Counted from the stretch's first letter, positions 28,573 to 39,059 are shown. The stretch: 64,000 nucleotides of DNA from an uncultured delta proteobacterium (GCA_963724765.1 CAVRVY010000003.1:704001-768000); one strand, 5' to 3'. Notes: generated from the sequence alone by a model not told the origin. Numbers and translations: made by a program.

Positions 28573-28762
28573 CGCCTACCCTCCGAGGGTTAATCGCCGC
28601 GAGGATAAATGCAAGCCGAGATTAACCCTGCCCGGCGCGTTTGGGGTCCGGACCCCGGTTCGCACTATACTGCGTTTCGAGACGCGCGCGCCGAAGCGGC
28701 GAACTGGCCACTGGACAGGCTCGCGTTAATGCAACGAACCCCGCAAGGAGGAAACGTCACCG

Positions 28763-29704
28763 ATGCGCCTGGTCACATTCGAGGATGAAACCAAACGCCA
28801 TCGCCTCGGCGCCGTCGCCAACGGTCTGGTGGTCGATCTCAACGCAGCCTATCGCGCGCTGCTGGAGGAGCGTGGCGAGCGCCGCGCGGGTGAACTGGCT
28901 ATCGAGGCCGTGCCGCCCGAGATGTTAGCCTTCCTTGAGGCCGGCGAGCGCGCGATGAACGCGGCCAAGGATGCGCTTGAGCTGGTCGCACGCCTGGGCG
29001 CCGACGGCGCGCGCGAGCGCGGGCTGGCACGCCGCGCCGAGTCGGTCCGCGTGCGAGCGCCGGTGCCACGCCCTACCAAGTTCATTCTGGTGGGACTCAA
29101 CTACCGCGATCACGCCGAAGAGGCCGGGTTTAAAATCCCCGAGGTGCCGACCTTCTTCTCCAAGTATTCCAACTGCGTGATCGGACCGGGCGACGCGATC
29201 AAAATTCCCAAGGTCTCCGCGATGATTGACTACGAGGGCGAGTACGCCTTCGTCATCGGGCGCGCCGGCCGCGACATCCCGCCCGATCGCGCGATGGAGT
29301 ACGTGGCCGGCTATACCATCGTGAATGATGTGAGCTGCCGCGATTACCAGATGAAGACCGGTCAATGGATGATCGGCAAGACCTTCGACACCTTCGCCCC
29401 GATGGGGCCGTACCTGGTGACGCGGGACGAAATCGCCGATCCGCATAACCTCGAGATTTCGCTCTATCTCAACGGCCAGCGCATGCAACACTCCAACACC
29501 AGCAACCTGATCTTCAAGACCGGCTACCTGATCGCGTTTCTCTCCCAGGTCTTCACGTTCGAGCCCGGCGACGTGGTCTCGACCGGCACGCCGGCCGGCG
29601 TCGGCTATGCGCGCAAGCCGCCGGTCTTCATGAAGCCGGGCGACCGGGTGCGGATCGAGATCGAAGGGCTGGGCGCGCTGGAGAATCCGATCGAGGCCGC
29701 TTAG
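28763..29704 (+). CDS. fumarylacetoacetate hydrolase family protein
   Basis: VGLNYRDHAEE, DYEGE, NDVSCRD, GKTFDTFAPMGP, TGTPAGVG. Confidence 0.95.
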   Translation: MRLVTFEDETKRHRLGAVANGLVVDLNAAYRALLEERGERRAGELAIEAVPPEMLAFLEAGERAMNAAKDALELVARLGADGARERGLARRAESVRVRAPVPRPTKFILVGLNYRDHAEEAGFKIPEVPTFFSKYSNCVIGPGDAIKIPKVSAMIDYEGEYAFVIGRAGRDIPPDRAMEYVAGYTIVNDVSCRDYQMKTGQWMIGKTFDTFAPMGPYLVTRDEIADPHNLEISLYLNGQRMQHSNTSNLIFKTGYLIAFLSQVFTFEPGDVVSTGTPAGVGYARKPPVFMKPGDRVRIEIEGLGALENPIEAA

Positions 29705-29819
29705 CGGCGGTGCGCTCGGCGATCTCGCCAGGGAAACAAATCTGATGGATTGAACACCGCGATCGAAACCGGCTGGCGCGCCGTCAGGTCCGCCACGGCG
29801 CGCGCTCACAGGGGGGAAC

Positions 29820-31973
29820 GTGGCCACGATACGAGTCTCGATCATCAACGAGAGCACATCGATCGCAGCGGCCGAAGTACAAGCGGCGGCCGCGGCCTTG
29901 CAGCGTCAGGTGAGCGAACATTTCGCGCCCTCATGGGGCGTCGATGCAGCGCTGAGTCTCGTTGCGCCGGGACCCAAGCCGCTTCCCGGCAGTTGGTGGC
30001 TGGTCATCCTGGACGATTCCGACCAGGCCGGCGCGCTCGGCTATCATGACCTCACCGACGAGGCAATGCCGCTCGGTAAGGTCTTCGTCAAAACCGCGCA
30101 GGCCGCCGGAGTCAAATGGACCATCACCGCGAGCCACGAACTGCTCGAGTTGCTGGCGGACCCGGCGATCAACCTCACCGTGTGCGCGACCGAGAACAAC
30201 AGTCTCGTTCTCTATGCGTATGAAATCTGCGACCCCTGCCAGGCCGACGAGTTCGGTTACGCGATCGACGGCGTGGCCGTGTCCGATTTCCTGTTCCCGT
30301 CGTGGTTCGAGACCTTCCATCGCAGCGGCGCGGTCCCGCTCGACTACTGCGGGCGTATCAGCGAGCCGTTCGCGCTCCTGCCCGGCGGCTACGCCAACGT
30401 GCTCGACACCGGCAATCCCGCGGGTGCGTGGACGGAGAAGACGGGTCCCGCGGCGATGATCGCGGGAGCGCGTTTTGCCCAACAACCGTCGGTGCCAGGC
30501 TCGCGGCGCGAGCGGCGCCGGCGCGGCGCGGCGGTCTGGATGCCGAGCCGGCTGACGAAGGCGCCCGCATCGCCGGCCATGGCGGCGGCCGCAGCAGCAC
30601 CTGCGATGGCGGCGGCGCCGGCGTGGCCACCGCCGCTCAAGATGCCGCGGCTGCTGCGGATCGCCGATGCGGCGGGCAGATCGCTGTTACATCTGGAAGC
30701 TCCAAACGCCGCGACCAAATCCGTACCGGACGAAATCAGCCGGGTGTTGGATAAACTACAGGTCGCCAACGCGGCAGGGATCGCTCCACCGCGTGCCCAG
30801 TCGGTGATCACCGCGCTCAAAGCGGCGCGCGATCAGACCGCGGTGAGCAAACCCACCGACCAGCTCAAGGGCTCGCAGCCGCACGAACTGCAGTTATCGT
30901 TGCTGGCGGCGGCCATGAGTTCCGAAGCAATGATGACTTCCGGAGCGCCGCCGATACGGCCGCTAAGCGCTCTGGACACGACCGATTTTTACCAGTACGG
31001 AAATTTCGATCCGGGATGGCTCGCGACATTCTTCCATCTGCTGGACTCACGGCCTGCGCCGTTCCCGACCCACACCGCGCGCAACATCAGTCCCATCGTG
31101 CGGATCGAAAACGGCGTCACGATTGCGCTCACTGGCGACTGGGGCACCGGCGACGCTTCCTCGCGCAGCATCGCGCAACGCATCGCCGACCTGAAGCCCG
31201 ACCATACGATCCACCTCGGCGACATCTACTATGCCGGCGCCGAAAACGAAGTGCGCAGCAAGTTCCTTGCGTTGTGGCCCACCGGCATCAGCGCGAGCGC
31301 GCCGTCGTTCGCGCTCAATGGCAATCACGAGATGTACTCGGGCGGACTCGGCTACTTCCAGATCGCCCTGACCGACCCCAGGTTCAAGGCGCAGCAGGGG
31401 CTGAGCTACTTTTCGCTACAGAACGACCATTGGACAATAATCGCGGTCGATACCGCCTACTACGCGCGCAACTTCTACCTCAACGGCTACATCGATACCG
31501 ACGTTCAGCTCGCGTGGATGGCGACGCTCACGCGCGCCGCGCGTCAGGCCGGCCGGCGCGTCATCCTGCTCACCCATCACGCCGGCGTCGACGTCGAACC
31601 GGCGGGCGCCGCAGTAACCGTGACCGTCGCGGATATATGGCACCAAGTACTGCACGCGATGGACGGCGGCCCCGACTACTGGTACTGGGGCCACGTCCAC
31701 GCGGGCTATGCGCTGGCGCCGTTTCCGGTTGCGGGCGGGCGCAGCCTGATGGCGCGATGCGTCGGGCACTGCGGCGTGCCGTGGTTGCCGTTCAATGCGG
31801 AGAGCGGGCTTGGAGGCAATGGCTTCACGCTCGAGTGGGCAGAGAACCGCAAGGCCAACAACGTCGACGAACCGGCGCGCGCGCTCAACGGTTTCCTGGT
31901 GCTGCGCCTCAACGGCAATCAGATCGCCGAGGAGTTCCGCGACGAAAACGGCAACCTGCGATGGCGTCGCTAG
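29820..31973 (+). CDS. fusion of an N-terminal gluzincin-like domain and a C-terminal calcineurin-like metallophosphoesterase
   Basis: N-term GALGYH...SHELLELLADP...EICDPC; C-term GDWG, HLGDIYY, GNHE, LTHH, WGHVH. Confidence 0.8.
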   Translation: MATIRVSIINESTSIAAAEVQAAAAALQRQVSEHFAPSWGVDAALSLVAPGPKPLPGSWWLVILDDSDQAGALGYHDLTDEAMPLGKVFVKTAQAAGVKWTITASHELLELLADPAINLTVCATENNSLVLYAYEICDPCQADEFGYAIDGVAVSDFLFPSWFETFHRSGAVPLDYCGRISEPFALLPGGYANVLDTGNPAGAWTEKTGPAAMIAGARFAQQPSVPGSRRERRRRGAAVWMPSRLTKAPASPAMAAAAAAPAMAAAPAWPPPLKMPRLLRIADAAGRSLLHLEAPNAATKSVPDEISRVLDKLQVANAAGIAPPRAQSVITALKAARDQTAVSKPTDQLKGSQPHELQLSLLAAAMSSEAMMTSGAPPIRPLSALDTTDFYQYGNFDPGWLATFFHLLDSRPAPFPTHTARNISPIVRIENGVTIALTGDWGTGDASSRSIAQRIADLKPDHTIHLGDIYYAGAENEVRSKFLALWPTGISASAPSFALNGNHEMYSGGLGYFQIALTDPRFKAQQGLSYFSLQNDHWTIIAVDTAYYARNFYLNGYIDTDVQLAWMATLTRAARQAGRRVILLTHHAGVDVEPAGAAVTVTVADIWHQVLHAMDGGPDYWYWGHVHAGYALAPFPVAGGRSLMARCVGHCGVPWLPFNAESGLGGNGFTLEWAENRKANNVDEPARALNGFLVLRLNGNQIAEEFRDENGNLRWRR

Positions 31974-32075
31974 CCCGGAGTTGTAAATCGGCTTACAGAG
32001 ATTAAGCACCGGCCGTATGCCGTCATCCTGAACGAGATGAAAAAGCCGCGCGCCGGATGATAGGTTAGAGCCTGC

Positions 32076-33038
32076 GTGCAGCCGCTGCTGGAAGTCAAAG
32101 ATCTGCGAACCTCGTTCTTCACCGATGCGGGCGAGGTGCGCGCCGTCGACCGTGTAAGCTTCGCGGTTGAGCCGGGCAAGCTGATGGGCCTGGTGGGAGA
32201 GTCTGGGTCGGGCAAGACGGCGAGCGTGCTCTCGGTGATGCGGCTGTTGCCCGAGCGCGCGCGCGTGATGGGCGGCGCGGTGCTGTTCGAGGGACGCGAC
32301 CTGCTGAAGCTGAGCGAGCCCGAGATGCGCGCGGTGCGGGGCGCGAAGATCGCGATGATTTTTCAGGAGCCGATGACTTCGCTCAACCCGGTTTTCACGA
32401 TCGGCAGCCAGATCGGCGAAGCCGTGCGGCTGCATCAGCATACTGCGCGGCGCGCAACGCTCGAACGCACGATCGAGGCGCTGCGCCTGGTCGGAATCGC
32501 CGATCCCGAACGCCGCGTTAACGACTATCCGCATCAACTCTCGGGCGGGATGCGCCAGCGGGTGATGATCGCGATGGCGCTCGCGTGCGAGCCGAAATTG
32601 CTGATTGCCGACGAGCCGACCACCGCTCTCGACGTCACGATCCAGGCGCAGATCCTCGACCTGATTCGCGAGCTTCAGATGCGCCTTAAGCTGGCGGTAA
32701 TTCTCGTCACGCACGACCTCGGAGTGGTCGCCCAATACGCCGACGACGTGACCATCCTATACGCCGCGCGGGTGATGGAGCAGGCGCCTACGGCGGAGCT
32801 GTTTCGCAATCCGCTTAACCCCTACACGCGCGGCCTGCTCGAATCGATTCCCGGTGCCGGCGGCCATCGTCATCATCGCCTGCGCGCGATCGCGGGCAGC
32901 ATCCCCAACGCGCTCCATCCGCCGTCCGGATGCCGGTTTCATCCGCGCTGCCCGATGGCGATCGACGAGTGCGCGCGCGTCGATCCGCCGCTTGTGCCCA
33001 AGGCCTCGCAACACCTGGTCGCCTGCATCCGTGTCTAA
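32076..33038 (+). CDS. oligopeptide/dipeptide ABC ATPase (OppD/DppD-like)
   Basis: [25 protein letters not shown]-terminal GCRFHPRC. Confidence 0.95.
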   Translation: MQPLLEVKDLRTSFFTDAGEVRAVDRVSFAVEPGKLMGLVGESGSGKTASVLSVMRLLPERARVMGGAVLFEGRDLLKLSEPEMRAVRGAKIAMIFQEPMTSLNPVFTIGSQIGEAVRLHQHTARRATLERTIEALRLVGIADPERRVNDYPHQLSGGMRQRVMIAMALACEPKLLIADEPTTALDVTIQAQILDLIRELQMRLKLAVILVTHDLGVVAQYADDVTILYAARVMEQAPTAELFRNPLNPYTRGLLESIPGAGGHRHHRLRAIAGSIPNALHPPSGCRFHPRCPMAIDECARVDPPLVPKASQHLVACIRV

Positions 33039-34059
33039 TCCGACACCCGCTGAAGACCGCGTCATCGCCGCCGCGCCCGCGGCGCACGGCGCGCTGGTGA
33101 GAACCGAGGGCCTCAGCAAGGAATTTCCCGCCGGCTCGCTCGACCTGCTCGGCCGCAAGCGGTTGGTCGTGCATGCGGTAGACGGCGTCGACCTTGCGAT
33201 AATGCCCGGCGAGACCCTGGGACTGGTGGGCGAATCGGGCTCGGGCAAGTCGACCTTAGGACGGCTGGTGCTGAAGCTGCTCGAACCGACGGCCGGGCGC
33301 GTGTTCTTTGAAGGTCGCGACCTGACGGATTTTTCGCGCCGTGAGCTGCGCGCGCTGCGCCGCCAGATGCAACTCGTCTTCCAGGACCCCTACGCGTCGC
33401 TCAACCCGCGCATGCGGGTGCGCTCGATAGTCGGTGAAGGAATCGAGATTCACAAGCTCGCGCGCGGCCGCGAGAAGGAGGAGCGGATCGTCAGCCTGCT
33501 CGAGATGGTGGGGATGGGCGCCGACGCGCTCGAGCGCTATCCGCACGAGTTTTCCGGCGGCCAGCGCCAGCGGATCGGAATCGCCCGCGCGCTCGCCGTG
33601 AACCCGCGCTTCCTGGTGCTCGACGAGCCGGTCTCCGCGCTCGACGTCTCGATCCAGGCGCAGATCATCAACCTGCTGCAGGACCTGCAGGAGCGGCTCC
33701 ATCTCACCTACCTCTTCATCGCGCACGACCTCCGCGTGGTCGAGCACATCAGCCAGCGCACCGCGATCATGTACCTGGGCAAAATCGTGGAGCTGGCCGA
33801 TCGCGACGAAATATACGCCAATCCGCGCCATCCCTACACGCGCGCGTTACTCTCGGCGATCCCGTCGCTGCACGGCGCCGCCGTCGGCGAGCGGATCAAG
33901 CTGCCGGGCGAGATGCCGAGCCCGCTCCACCCGCCGTCTGGCTGTAGCTTCCATCCGCGATGCCCTTATGCGAAAGATATCTGCCGGACCGCTGAGCCGC
34001 GGCTCGAGACAGGCCGGGGCGGGCATGCGGTCGCCTGCCACGTTTTTCCCGCGCCGTAG
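33031..34059 (+). CDS. oligopeptide/dipeptide ABC ATPase (OppF/DppF-like)
   Basis: [24 protein letters not shown]; GTG start overlaps the upstream stop. Confidence 0.95.
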   Translation: MSNPTPAEDRVIAAAPAAHGALVRTEGLSKEFPAGSLDLLGRKRLVVHAVDGVDLAIMPGETLGLVGESGSGKSTLGRLVLKLLEPTAGRVFFEGRDLTDFSRRELRALRRQMQLVFQDPYASLNPRMRVRSIVGEGIEIHKLARGREKEERIVSLLEMVGMGADALERYPHEFSGGQRQRIGIARALAVNPRFLVLDEPVSALDVSIQAQIINLLQDLQERLHLTYLFIAHDLRVVEHISQRTAIMYLGKIVELADRDEIYANPRHPYTRALLSAIPSLHGAAVGERIKLPGEMPSPLHPPSGCSFHPRCPYAKDICRTAEPRLETGRGGHAVACHVFPAP

Positions 34060-34079
34060 GTGCGGATTCGTGTCGGCTG

Positions 34080-34529
34080 ATGGCCAAGTTGAGTACCTCG
34101 GATTACACTCGCGCCGGCGCCGACATGCCGGACTTCGCCGCCGCGCAGCCGACGACCGCGATACCCCCGATGCCCGGTTCGTCCTGGGTCGAGGAACGTA
34201 CGCGGGTCGCGGTCGCACGCAACATCAACGTCTCGGGACGGCTCGTATTCCAGGAGGCGGTGCGAATCGAGGGTAATTTTCGCGGCGAGGTCACCTCCAG
34301 CGAGATGGTGGTGATTTCCGACCACGGCTCCATCGAGGGCCGCGTACGCACCCCGCGCCTGCTGGTGCTGGGCGAACTGCGCGGCGATATCACCGACACG
34401 CGCCTGGTCGTGCTCGGTCCGCGAGCGCGGGTTTTCGGACGAATCGAGACCGACAGCCTGCGCGTGTGCGAAGGCGCGCAGCTGGAGGGCGATGTGCGAG
34501 TGCCGTGCGCCGGCGCGGCATCGCGCTGA
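34080..34529 (+). CDS. bactofilin (polymer-forming cytoskeletal protein)
   Basis: Beta-helix pattern VSGRL.F...VRIEGNFRGEV...GSIEGRV...V.GELRGDI...GA.LEGDV. Confidence 0.88.
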   Translation: MAKLSTSDYTRAGADMPDFAAAQPTTAIPPMPGSSWVEERTRVAVARNINVSGRLVFQEAVRIEGNFRGEVTSSEMVVISDHGSIEGRVRTPRLLVLGELRGDITDTRLVVLGPRARVFGRIETDSLRVCEGAQLEGDVRVPCAGAASR

Positions 34530-34664
34530 ACTGCGGCAACGGCCACGCATCTGTGAAAAAGGCGCCGCAGCGATCCGCTCCGGCGCGGTTCATTCTATAT
34601 CGGAACGGTGAAGCTCATATCGGGACGGTAGAGCTAGTATCGGCGCTGCGGACTGTCGTGGGCT

Positions 34665-35006
34665 TCAGGCCGAGGCGACGCGGGCGGCCTTGCCGGAAAG
34701 GTCGCGCAGGTAGTACAGCCGCGCGCGGCGCACGCGGCCATGGCTCAGCACTTGGATCTTTTCGAGCCGCGGCGAATGCAGCGGAAAGATGCGCTCGACG
34801 CCGATTCCGTAGGAGACCTTGCGCACAGTGAAGGTCGCGCGATTGCCCCCGCGGTTCATCTTGATGACGATACCCTCGAAGGACTGGATGCGCTCTTTTT
34901 CGCCCTCGACCACTTTGACCTGCAGGCGCAGCGTGTCGCCGACGCGGAAGACGGGAAGGTCCTTGCGCAGTTCGCGATCTTCGAGTTTCTGGATGGTTGA
35001 ATTCAT
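34665..35006 (-). CDS. rplS: 50S ribosomal protein L19
   Basis: FRVGDT...[12 protein letters not shown]...GIGVERIFP...[12 protein letters not shown]. Confidence 0.98.
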   Translation of the reverse strand: MNSTIQKLEDRELRKDLPVFRVGDTLRLQVKVVEGEKERIQSFEGIVIKMNRGGNRATFTVRKVSYGIGVERIFPLHSPRLEKIQVLSHGRVRRARLYYLRDLSGKAARVASA

Positions 35007-35313
35007 GGGAGATCGGTTTCCTTGAAGTTGAGCAGCCAAGCTTACCGTAACGGCCGCCGTGACTCAATGTCAGGGACAGCGCCGCTTTTGCATCGCGGCG
35101 CATATGGGAACCCGAGCCAAGAACGCTACAATTAGCCTCCGGTCGAATCTTTGGAGTTCGTTTTGACCTGATATTTGACTGGCCGTCCCCGATTACGCTC
35201 CGCCTGGTAACCGCTCCTGATTAGTATGGTCGCTGACGTCTCGGCGATGGCCGCCTTCACCTCCGTGCAGTTACCAGGGCGGAACCCGACACGTTTTTGC
35301 CGAAGGCAGGACA

Positions 35314-36393
35314 TTGCTGGGATACGCAAAGTCACATCGCTCACCCTCCGCTGGATTTTCCGGCGCGATGCCGCGGTCGCCGCGCCAGCGTATTCCGGTT
35401 CTGTTGGCCTCGATCGTCTCGATCGCGATTACCGCACCGGGACAGGCGCGCGCGATGAACGCCTGCGCCAATCCGATCACCGCCTGTCCGTGTGCGATCC
35501 GGTCGGCGGGAGACTACACCATCTCCGGCCCCGGCCTGGTCGCGGATCCCCCCGGTGATTGCATCCACGTCAACGTGCCCGGCGTTACGCTTGACCTGGC
35601 GAACACGATCATCTCTTCGTCCCCATCCAGCGCTTCCGACGTCGGTGTACACGTGCTGGCGAATGCGGTAGGCGCGGTCGTGACAGGAACGTTGAATGCG
35701 CCGGCGACGGTTACGGGGTTTACCACCGGAATCGAAATCGACGCGCCGAGCGTGACGCTGGAGAACCTGGTCGCGCAAAGCAACGCCGTCGGGATCCAGA
35801 TTAACGGCGGATCGGCCTACGGCAGCGCGCTCGCCGTGCATGACAGTTCGCGCACCGGCATCCTGGTAAACGGTCCTGCCCCGGGCCCTTACCTCAACGG
35901 CGTCAGCGTGGATAGCACGCTGGGCTTTGCGGGTATCGAACTCAATGGTGTACGCGGGGCGTTTCTCACTAATCTGACGGTTACCGGCAGCGCGACCTAC
36001 GGTGTGTGGCTGCTGGCATCATCGCGCAACGTGATCGCCAATTTCAGTGTCTCGCGCAACACCGAGGCCGGAATATACCTTGGATGTTTTCGCAGCAGCG
36101 GACTGTTGGGCAAGCTCTGCACGACGGTACCGCCGACGCCGCCGAGCAACGGCAATATTCTGGCTTCGGTGGGCGATCCCAGCAGCGCCAACGGGCCGAG
36201 CCAGCCCGAGCAGGCTTATGGAGTGGCGATCGCGGACGGCAACGTGGGCAACCGCATCGTCGGCATCGCAGGCTCGGGTAATGGCAACGGCAGCTTTGGG
36301 GCCGACGCGATCGACGGCAACCCCGGTTGCGGGACCAATCTATGGACCGGAAACGAGTTCACGATTTCAAACCCGTCCACCTGCATCCATTAG
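35314..36393 (+). CDS. secreted right-handed beta-helix repeat protein
   Basis: Signal peptide; ITACPCAI..AGDY, CIHV....VTLDL, repeated N..GI strands; start may be ATG 35368. Confidence 0.75.
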   Translation: MLGYAKSHRSPSAGFSGAMPRSPRQRIPVLLASIVSIAITAPGQARAMNACANPITACPCAIRSAGDYTISGPGLVADPPGDCIHVNVPGVTLDLANTIISSSPSSASDVGVHVLANAVGAVVTGTLNAPATVTGFTTGIEIDAPSVTLENLVAQSNAVGIQINGGSAYGSALAVHDSSRTGILVNGPAPGPYLNGVSVDSTLGFAGIELNGVRGAFLTNLTVTGSATYGVWLLASSRNVIANFSVSRNTEAGIYLGCFRSSGLLGKLCTTVPPTPPSNGNILASVGDPSSANGPSQPEQAYGVAIADGNVGNRIVGIAGSGNGNGSFGADAIDGNPGCGTNLWTGNEFTISNPSTCIH

Positions 36394-36508
36394 AACCGAC
36401 AACCGCCCTCAGACACCGTCGGCTTCTATGCCGCTACATCGTCCAGCGCGCACCTGAGGATTTAAGACAGGAGGCTGCGCTGCCGAGCCGTGTTTGATTC
36501 GCGCGCGA

Positions 36509-36796
36509 CTAGTTGGCGGACTTGGTCGACGACTTCTCGGTGGTCGTGCTGCTGCCTGTTCCAGGCACGTCGTTCGCGGTGGTCGTGGTCGTGGACTTCT
36601 CGGATTTTTCAGACATCGCCGGGTTGGCGGGTGCGGTCTCACCTTGAGCTCCGGTGGCCCCGGTCGCTCCGCTGGCTCCTGTAGCACCAGTCGGCCCCTG
36701 GACGGTTTCCTTGCATCCGATAGCGGCGGTGCCCATCAGCAGTGCAAGAGCCCCGATAGCGGCGTAGCTGGCGACAGTTGTTAGAATATTTTTCAT
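36509..36796 (-). CDS. small lipoprotein with collagen-like G-X-Y repeat
   Basis: Lipobox AIG-C; GPT GAT GAS GAT GAT GAQ GET; Ser/Thr-rich tail. Confidence 0.75.
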   Translation of the reverse strand: MKNILTTVASYAAIGALALLMGTAAIGCKETVQGPTGATGASGATGATGAQGETAPANPAMSEKSEKSTTTTTANDVPGTGSSTTTEKSSTKSAN

Positions 36797-36917
36797 AGCT
36801 ATACGGTATCAGGATTGGTCAGCCACAATGCCTTGCGGATCGGCCGTTCTTGGTTATTCAGATAACCAAATGGCCGCGCAGCATTTGCAACGCTGCGCTT
36901 ATTTTCGAGACCTGACG

Positions 36918-37139
36918 CTAGCCGGGATTCGAGGTTGACAGCCGGGCCGTCTCGCGGATCCGGCGGCGGCGGTTTAGCAGCAGCCCGCTTACCAGCACCG
37001 TCGTTCCGATCATCGAGACCAGCACGCCGAGCGGCGCGCCCACCGTAGCCGGCGCGCTGGCCGAGCTTATCACCAGGTCGGTCCCGAACGTCAGCAGGAT
37101 CGCGCCAATCACTATCATCAGGTCGGCTGCCAGGCTCAT
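36918..37139 (-). CDS. small 2-TM membrane protein
   Basis: Two hydrophobic segments; ATGA overlap with the upstream methyltransferase. Confidence 0.65.
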   Translation of the reverse strand: MSLAADLMIVIGAILLTFGTDLVISSASAPATVGAPLGVLVSMIGTTVLVSGLLLNRRRRIRETARLSTSNPG

Positions 37140-37732
37140 CGTTCGTTTCGCTCCCGCGATTTCTTCCGCGCTTTACTCACGCCGCGCAGGCGGTCGAGAA
37201 TGATGCTCGCGGCCGCGCGCACCGAAAGATGATTGTAATCTCCCGCGCCGCGAATCGCCTCCAGCGCGAGGTCGGCGCGCGCGCGCGCTGCCGGCGCGAG
37301 CCCGAAGCCGGTGCCGAGCAGGATCAGGACCGGCGCGGCATCTTCAGCCGCCATCCGCTCGCGCATCGCGGCGAAGCTTACGCCCTTCGCTTCGCGGGCC
37401 GAGGTGTGAACGATCGCTGGCCGCCGGCCCGCAGCACGTTCGGCCGCGGCCATCGCCGCGTCAAGGTCGGTCACGACTTCGATCAGATCGAGTGCTTCGA
37501 CCCGGCGCGAGTCGAAGCTGCGGCCGTGGCCGATATGCCAGTGGTCGATCACGCTGCGCGCGAACTCGCGCTGCTCGGGAACCGGATGAACCACGTAGAG
37601 CGCGCGCACCCCGTAGGTGCGCGAGGAGCGGGCGATATCGTGGAGGTCGAGCGAGGTGATGGCCGAGGTGATGATGCGGCCGTTGCGGTCGAGCACGGGA
37701 TGATGGAGAAGAGCGAGAAAAATTTCAGCCAA
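37136..37732 (-). CDS. SPOUT RNA methyltransferase (Methyltrn_RNA_4-like)
   Basis: ALLHHPV...ITSAITSLDLHDIARSSRTYG, LGTGFGL, YNHLSVRAAASIILDRL; follows trmD. Confidence 0.9.
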   Translation of the reverse strand: MAEIFLALLHHPVLDRNGRIITSAITSLDLHDIARSSRTYGVRALYVVHPVPEQREFARSVIDHWHIGHGRSFDSRRVEALDLIEVVTDLDAAMAAAERAAGRRPAIVHTSAREAKGVSFAAMRERMAAEDAAPVLILLGTGFGLAPAARARADLALEAIRGAGDYNHLSVRAAASIILDRLRGVSKARKKSRERNER

Positions 37733-37749
37733 GGTGTGCGCCAGATGAG

Positions 37750-38436
37750 TCAGGGACGGCGCCGCTTGAGCAGGTCGGGGCGCCGGCGCGCGGTGCGCTT
37801 GAGCGCTTCGGCCTTGCGCCACTCGTGGATTTTCTTATGGTCGCCGCTCAGCAGCACCTCGGGCACGCGTATCCCGCGAAACTCCTCGGGGCGCGTATAG
37901 TGCGGATACTCGAGCAGGCCGTCGGCAAACGATTCCTCATTGAGCGATTCGGGATTGCCGAGCACGCCCGGCACCAGCCGCGCGACCGCCTCGATCAGCA
38001 CCATCGCGGGCAACTCGCCGCCACTGAGGACGAAATCGCCGATCGAGATCTCCTGATCGACCGCGCTGCGCACGCGCTCGTCGATGCCCTCGTAGCGGCC
38101 CGTGACCAGCAGCAGCCCCGGCCGCCGCCCGCTTAGTTCGCGTACCATCGACTGGTCGAGCGGTTCGCCCTGCGGCGTCAGCAGCACGCGCCACAATCCC
38201 GGATGCGAAGTAATGGCGCTTTCGATCGCGGCGAACAGCGGCTCCGGCCGCAGCACCATCCCGCTGCCGCCGCCGTACGGCGTGTCGTCGACCTGGCGGT
38301 AATTGCCGAGCCCATGCTCGCGCAGTGCGTGCGCCTCGATCCTGACCAAGCCCGCCTTGAGCGCGCGCCCGACCATCCCCGGCCAGTTGGCGGGGACGAA
38401 CAGTTCGGGGAAAAGCGTGATTACGTGAAATTCCAT
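37750..38436 (-). CDS. trmD: tRNA (guanine-N1)-methyltransferase
   Basis: VDDTPYGGGSGM, GRYEGIDER, SIGDFVLSGGE, LEYPHYTRP. Confidence 0.97.
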   Translation of the reverse strand: MEFHVITLFPELFVPANWPGMVGRALKAGLVRIEAHALREHGLGNYRQVDDTPYGGGSGMVLRPEPLFAAIESAITSHPGLWRVLLTPQGEPLDQSMVRELSGRRPGLLLVTGRYEGIDERVRSAVDQEISIGDFVLSGGELPAMVLIEAVARLVPGVLGNPESLNEESFADGLLEYPHYTRPEEFRGIRVPEVLLSGDHKKIHEWRKAEALKRTARRRPDLLKRRRP

Positions 38437-38459
38437 CGTTGGCGAATCCGGCGACGAGC

Positions 38460-39059
38460 CTAGTCCAGCAGGCCCGGCACCGCTTCGATCGTAACCCGCC
38501 GCGCCCCGAGGTCCATCGTCTTGACCACGTCGCTGATGACCGGCACCAGCACCTCGCGCTCGCCGTCGCGCACCACCCATACGTCGTGCGCGCCGGTGGA
38601 CATGATGTCCTCGATAATGCCAAGACGCCGCCCGTCAGTCAGCATCACTTCCGCGCCGGCGAGTTGGAAGTAATAAAATTCGCCTTCCCCAAGTGGGGGC
38701 AGGTCGGCCGCTGCGACCATCACGGCGCCTCCGCGGAGCGCCTCGGCCGCGTCGGCGTCGCCGATACCCTCTAGCATGACCCTCTGATTGCCGGCGCTGA
38801 CCGCGCTCGCGCCCAGGACTTTGAATTCGCGTCGGCCGGCTGCGGTCTCGACGAACAGACGCTGTAGCGCGGAAAGCGTGGTCGAGCCGGGGTCGTCGGT
38901 GCGCACGCGGAGCGCGCCATGGAGCCCATGGCTGCCGGCGACGTAGCCGATACGCAAGAGGCCGTCGGCAGTTTGCCCGATGAGCGAACGCCGCGCCGCA
39001 CCCGCCACCGCCGTCGTCGGACGCCTGTCGTTCAGCGGGCGCGCGCGGCGATTGGCCAT
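38460..39059 (-). CDS. rimM: ribosome maturation factor RimM
   Basis: IGYVAGSHGLHG, EGEFYYFQLAG, TGAHDVWVV, LVPVI; operon context. Confidence 0.93.
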   Translation of the reverse strand: MANRRARPLNDRRPTTAVAGAARRSLIGQTADGLLRIGYVAGSHGLHGALRVRTDDPGSTTLSALQRLFVETAAGRREFKVLGASAVSAGNQRVMLEGIGDADAAEALRGGAVMVAAADLPPLGEGEFYYFQLAGAEVMLTDGRRLGIIEDIMSTGAHDVWVVRDGEREVLVPVISDVVKTMDLGARRVTIEAVPGLLD

